Shown here piece after piece: positions 60,254 to 64,000 of a stretch of 64,000 bases of DNA. Where the stretch lies: the NCBI GenBank assembly GCA_965279035.1, contig OZ257142.1:2176001-2240000 (forward strand), given 5' to 3'. The stretch is from Bacteroidia bacterium. GTDB taxonomy: Bacteria; Bacteroidota; Bacteroidia; M30B66. The position numbers and the translations under genes were made by a program. Position 1 is the first letter of the stretch; each line of letters starts with the position of its first letter. The notes beneath the pieces were generated by a model, which worked only from the letters and a program-made list of their open reading frames with translations, did not search any database and was not told the DNA's origin.

Positions 60254-60745
60254 ATGAAGGATTTACTTATTGAAATTTCTAAAAAAGCAATTCAATACGA
60301 AGATTTCAATTTTACTAAAGAACAAATCCAACAGGAATGGCTCGGTGTTAATCCTGTTACTGAAAAGGAAATAGCAGAAATCGAAATCAAACTCGGTTTG
60401 AAATTACCAGAAGATTATAAAGAGTTCTTGCGTATAACGAATGGCTTTTCAGCACCGAATGATGTTGAGCCCAGTTTTGAAAATTGTGCAAGTATTGATT
60501 TCTTGAAAAATTTTGACCAAGAATTAATTGATGCATACTCTTATTTGCCCGAATTAAAAACAGCAATCATTGTTGGTGGAAAACTAGAAGAGCAGCAGTT
60601 TTTATTGTTGCCACCTCAATCGGAAAGTGATAAATGGCGATATTGGAAATTTGCAAATTGGAATCCAGGAGAACAAGAATTTGAAAGCTTAAAAGCATAT
60701 TTTAGAGACGTTCTTGAGTTTATAATTAAAGAACATGAAAGTTGA
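60254..60745 (+). CDS. SMI1/KNR4 (SUKH) family protein
   Basis: PVTEKEIAEIEIKLGLKLPEDYKEFLRITNG; ATG60254 preferred over TTG60221. Confidence 0.88.
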   Translation: MKDLLIEISKKAIQYEDFNFTKEQIQQEWLGVNPVTEKEIAEIEIKLGLKLPEDYKEFLRITNGFSAPNDVEPSFENCASIDFLKNFDQELIDAYSYLPELKTAIIVGGKLEEQQFLLLPPQSESDKWRYWKFANWNPGEQEFESLKAYFRDVLEFIIKEHES

Positions 60746-60765
60746 CAAAACACATAATAAAATAT

Positions 60766-61174
60766 ACCCGTTGTGCAGTTAAAAATTAGAATTATCCTTC
60801 AACACTATTTATCGCCTAATCCAATAATCAATACTTTTGTAATGCTTTTAAATTAAATTATTTAGATTTAAAATTAGGTTTAGAATTGAAACGGATCTTG
60901 TGGTGGCTATGTCTGGGCGGGGAGGGTGTGTTTCGACATAGATGAGAAAATAGATTATCCGAGCAAAATGGTCGAAAAAAGGTCTTGAGCGTAAGCAGCA
61001 TCGTCCAGTCTTGACCTTCTTTAAATGCACGCTGAGCTTGTCGAAGCGTGTGTCAAGACAAGAATTAATACGTCGTAGTCAAACATGAATGATATAGTAA
61101 TATAAAGCAATAACAGCCTTATTTCATTGATTGATTTGAAAAAAATAAATTGATAATTCAACCGCACAACGGGT
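60766..61174. repeat. Non-coding segment bounded by a 15-bp inverted repeat, containing nested hairpins and a REP-like CTGAGCTTGTCGAAG motif
   Basis: ACCCGTTGTGCAGTT (60766-60780) and AACCGCACAACGGGT (61160-61174) match 14/15; CACGCTGAGCTTGTCGAAGCGTG at 61028-61050. Confidence 0.65.
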
Positions 61175-61182
61175 TTTATTTA

Positions 61183-61785
61183 TCAAATATTATAAGGATA
61201 TTTTGAATATATTTTAGGGAAATAGTTTTTTAAATCGTCACCTGCTTCATCCCATTCTTTTCCAGAAGTAATTTGGTTTTCTTGAAAGGGATAAGGCATT
61301 TCTTGTCCAGTAATTTCTTTAAAAACTGATGAAGGAATATGTCCAAATCCTTCAAATTCAGATGTTTCTTCAATAAATTCTTTATCAAGTTCTGCAAGCG
61401 TTTCAGGGTCTTTAATTGTCTTGAAGTAAAATTCCTTTCCTTGTCCAATTACCCATTCTCTAAAATCATTGAAGCTATCATCGCCACAGCCACCTTGAAT
61501 TATATAAATTGCTCCCCAAAGCTCCCATGTGTTGGCTTGCCCACGAAAAAACCTAAAACTATTCGCAAATAAAATAATGTCATCAGGAAGTAATGTATAA
61601 AGTTGTTTTGCTAATTCTTCATAGTACATTTCATAATCGCCTAGTGAATTATTTTTTACTGTTTGGATGATTTTCCAAAACTGTTCTTCCTCCATAAGCT
61701 CGGCTGAAGTAGTGAATTTTATACTTTTAATTTGTTCGATGTTTTCTGATTTTATTCTTCCAAATAATTTATCTAGAATTCCCAT
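61183..61785 (-). CDS. DUF4240-like protein
   Basis: MEEEQFWKII...LWGAIYIIQGGCGDDSFNDFREWVIGQGKEFY....DPETL...PKI. Confidence 0.85.
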   Translation of the reverse strand: MGILDKLFGRIKSENIEQIKSIKFTTSAELMEEEQFWKIIQTVKNNSLGDYEMYYEELAKQLYTLLPDDIILFANSFRFFRGQANTWELWGAIYIIQGGCGDDSFNDFREWVIGQGKEFYFKTIKDPETLAELDKEFIEETSEFEGFGHIPSSVFKEITGQEMPYPFQENQITSGKEWDEAGDDLKNYFPKIYSKYPYNI

Positions 61786-62273
61786 ATTTATGTTAAAGTG
61801 TTTTATTGGGTTTATGTTCTGACTTAATAAAATGACCGCTATTGGATCATGATTTCAAGATACGCGAAACAGTTTAACCAAATGTATCAAAACAAGCGAA
61901 ATGATTTATTCATCAATATGACTTAAAAAATGAAAATGCCTGTGTAATGTAAATTGCCTTTTTGATGTGAGTTTTGTTTCAACTACAATCGGTTAACGCA
62001 TATTTCAATGAAATAAACGTTTTCAAACTTTCTACATTTCTTGTAAAAAGATGCTATTCCAATTTCTCAAATTCTTTTTAACGCTCACACGCAAATCTTT
62101 ATTCAATTGACAATGGCTAGAATCTATTGGCATTCCTAAATAAATCTATAAGAAAAACGCTATTTAATTCTTCAGTTGTCCACTTTCAAATGATATTAAG
62201 GGGTATATCAACCCTATTTTGAGAAAGGTATTATACTATTTTTACTTTATTTCATTCTCATGATTCTCAGCAC

Positions 62274-64000
62274 ATGAAAAAATATCTGTTTCCAATTCTT
62301 ATCATACTAACTTTTTCAGCAGGAATCAATGCTCAATCACCTCAGCTTGAATGGAATCGTGAACTAATAGCAAATTCATTCAGTCAAAGTCTCGAATGTG
62401 TTATTGCCGATTCACAGGGAAATGTTTATACGGTGCTGCAAAACCAGGGCGACATTGATATGGATCCCGGAACCGATACCTTTTTTATTCACCAGTCTCC
62501 AATCTTTACAGACAATCACCTGATGTTCTCTAAGCTCGATTCAATGGGGCAGTTTGTCTGGGGAAAACAACTTGGAGGAGCTTGGGAACCCGATATCACA
62601 ATCGACAACTCTGGCAACTTTTACATCACTGGAGGATTTATCGAAGCCGCAGACTTCGACCCCGATACCAGTAGCTATATATTAAATGCCTTGATTACTG
62701 GAGGATTGAATTACGAAGATATTTTCGTGCTGAAACTAGATCCTGATGGGAACTTTCTATGGGTGAAGCAAATTGGAAATACAAGTCAGGACAGAGGTCG
62801 CACAGTTAGGACAGACGCAAACGGGAACGTTTATGTTTATGGTGAATTCAACGGTTCAGTGGATTTTGATCCCGGTGCAGGAGTTGAAATAATTTCATCA
62901 GGCGCCACTGGAGGATTGTTTCTATTGAAGCTTACTTCTACAGGAAATTTCGGATGGGTAAAAACATTGTCTTCCCCAGCTTGGATTAACCCTGGTCGTA
63001 TGGAAACAGACGCTTCAGGCAATTTTTTTATGACTGGAAAATTCGGAGGAACGGTTGATTTTGATCCCGATACAACAGTGAATGTTAAGACATCTGTGGG
63101 CAATTCGGATATTTTCGTGTTGAAGTTTGATGCAAACGGTGCATTTGATTGGGTTGCTACATTTGGAGGCACTTTGGCTGACGAAGGGATTGGAATTTCT
63201 GTAGATCATCTGGGCAATGTTTTAACTACAGGTGTGTTCAGAGGAACTTGTGATTTTGAACCCGGTCTTGGAACTGTGGATCTTTCAGCACTCGGCGACG
63301 GCGATATCTTTATTTCCAAACTCTCACCACAGGGTACTTACATATGGGCAAAACGGGTTGGTGGAAATGGTGGCGCTGGAAGTTCTCTGGCATACGATGT
63401 AGGAAGTTCTATCAAAGCCGACCGACAAGGGAATGTACTTTACGGTGGACGTTTTGTGGGAACGGTTGATTTCGATCCGGGTAGCGGCGTTTTCGACGTA
63501 ATTGCGCTTGGTACAGCTGATGGTTTCATCTCTAAACTAGATGCAGGTGGAAATTTTCTCTGGGTTTCGCATACAGGTGGAAACTCACAGAGCACTCCAC
63601 TTTCCGATAGATGTTCATCTGTTTTCATTGACAATTTGGGGAAAATTTATGCGGCCGGAGTCTTAGCAACGGGTACTTGGGGAGTATATTCAGGAAACGA
63701 TAGCTTGCAAGATTCTGGAAATCAACCAGGCTATTTTATTCAGAAATGGAATGATGCTGGAAATCATCAAGTGTTGTGTTCAGGCTTTGGAGTAGTTGCT
63801 GACAGTGTTTCTGATATTTCTTGTTCAGGTGAGGGAACGATTTATATGCATGCTATTTATGGTACTCAACCTTACCAGTATTCTTGGCTGCCATTTGCCG
63901 GAAATCAAAATCAGATTTCTGTTTCATCTGCAGGTATTTACACACTCACGGTTTCCGATTCGAATAGTTGTGTTGCTACTTCAACGGTACTTGTCAATGC
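62274..64000 (+). CDS. Secreted beta-propeller (SBBP-type repeats) plus SprB-like repeat protein, 3'-truncated, probable T9SS substrate
   Basis: Absent from the ORF track because it has no stop. MKKYLFPILIILTFSAGINA-Q; repeated D..GN.Y..G.F.G..DFDP...D.F..KLD..G...W; ends GTQPYQYSW...GIYTLTVSDSNSC at the window edge. Confidence 0.88.
   Translation, partial: MKKYLFPILIILTFSAGINAQSPQLEWNRELIANSFSQSLECVIADSQGNVYTVLQNQGDIDMDPGTDTFFIHQSPIFTDNHLMFSKLDSMGQFVWGKQLGGAWEPDITIDNSGNFYITGGFIEAADFDPDTSSYILNALITGGLNYEDIFVLKLDPDGNFLWVKQIGNTSQDRGRTVRTDANGNVYVYGEFNGSVDFDPGAGVEIISSGATGGLFLLKLTSTGNFGWVKTLSSPAWINPGRMETDASGNFFMTGKFGGTVDFDPDTTVNVKTSVGNSDIFVLKFDANGAFDWVATFGGTLADEGIGISVDHLGNVLTTGVFRGTCDFEPGLGTVDLSALGDGDIFISKLSPQGTYIWAKRVGGNGGAGSSLAYDVGSSIKADRQGNVLYGGRFVGTVDFDPGSGVFDVIALGTADGFISKLDAGGNFLWVSHTGGNSQSTPLSDRCSSVFIDNLGKIYAAGVLATGTWGVYSGNDSLQDSGNQPGYFIQKWNDAGNHQVLCSGFGVVADSVSDISCSGEGTIYMHAIYGTQPYQYSWLPFAGNQNQISVSSAGIYTLTVSDSNSCVATSTVLVN

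Noticed and set aside
60848-61030. 60-aa minus-strand ORF inside the inverted-repeat element
   Set aside because: No recognisable motif, and it overlaps hairpin-forming sequence; probably non-coding.
11122-62340. Gln directly after nearly every signal peptide
   Set aside because: Real, but already known for Bacteroidota (pyroglutamate Q-rule); used only as taxonomic and start-codon support.

Overview
AT-rich Bacteroidota genomic window. The taxon call rests on type IX secretion (T9SS) C-terminal domains (CTDs), a PorP/SprF gene, Gln after most signal peptides and TAnnTTTG-type promoters. Genes lie almost entirely on the + strand and about 11 are T9SS-type surface or secreted proteins. These include a 5'-truncated giant S8/S53-like protease-adhesin, a 3237-aa adhesin with autotransporter-type repeats, two paralogous M43 proteases and several beta-propeller proteins. 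The most interesting part is a compact cluster at about 29.7-45.9 kb. It holds a TonB-dependent receptor, three paralogs of one uncharacterised domain, a beta-helix protein ending in a Cys-flanked mini-dockerin instead of a T9SS CTD, a cohesin/dockerin-bearing T9SS protein, and a type-B-CTD protein with an N-terminal cohesin-like domain plus its PorP/SprF partner. Together these suggest a cellulosome-like, cohesin-dockerin surface assembly without obvious CAZymes (inference). Other items: a subclass B1 metallo-beta-lactamase fused to an unknown lipoprotein domain, an arr rifamycin ADP-ribosyltransferase, a decayed TonB-C-domain pseudogene, a TAAC direct-repeat cluster and a structured non-coding element bounded by a 15-bp inverted repeat. 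No rRNA, tRNA, CRISPR array, integrase or transposase was seen. All family calls are by eye from motifs; no searches were run.
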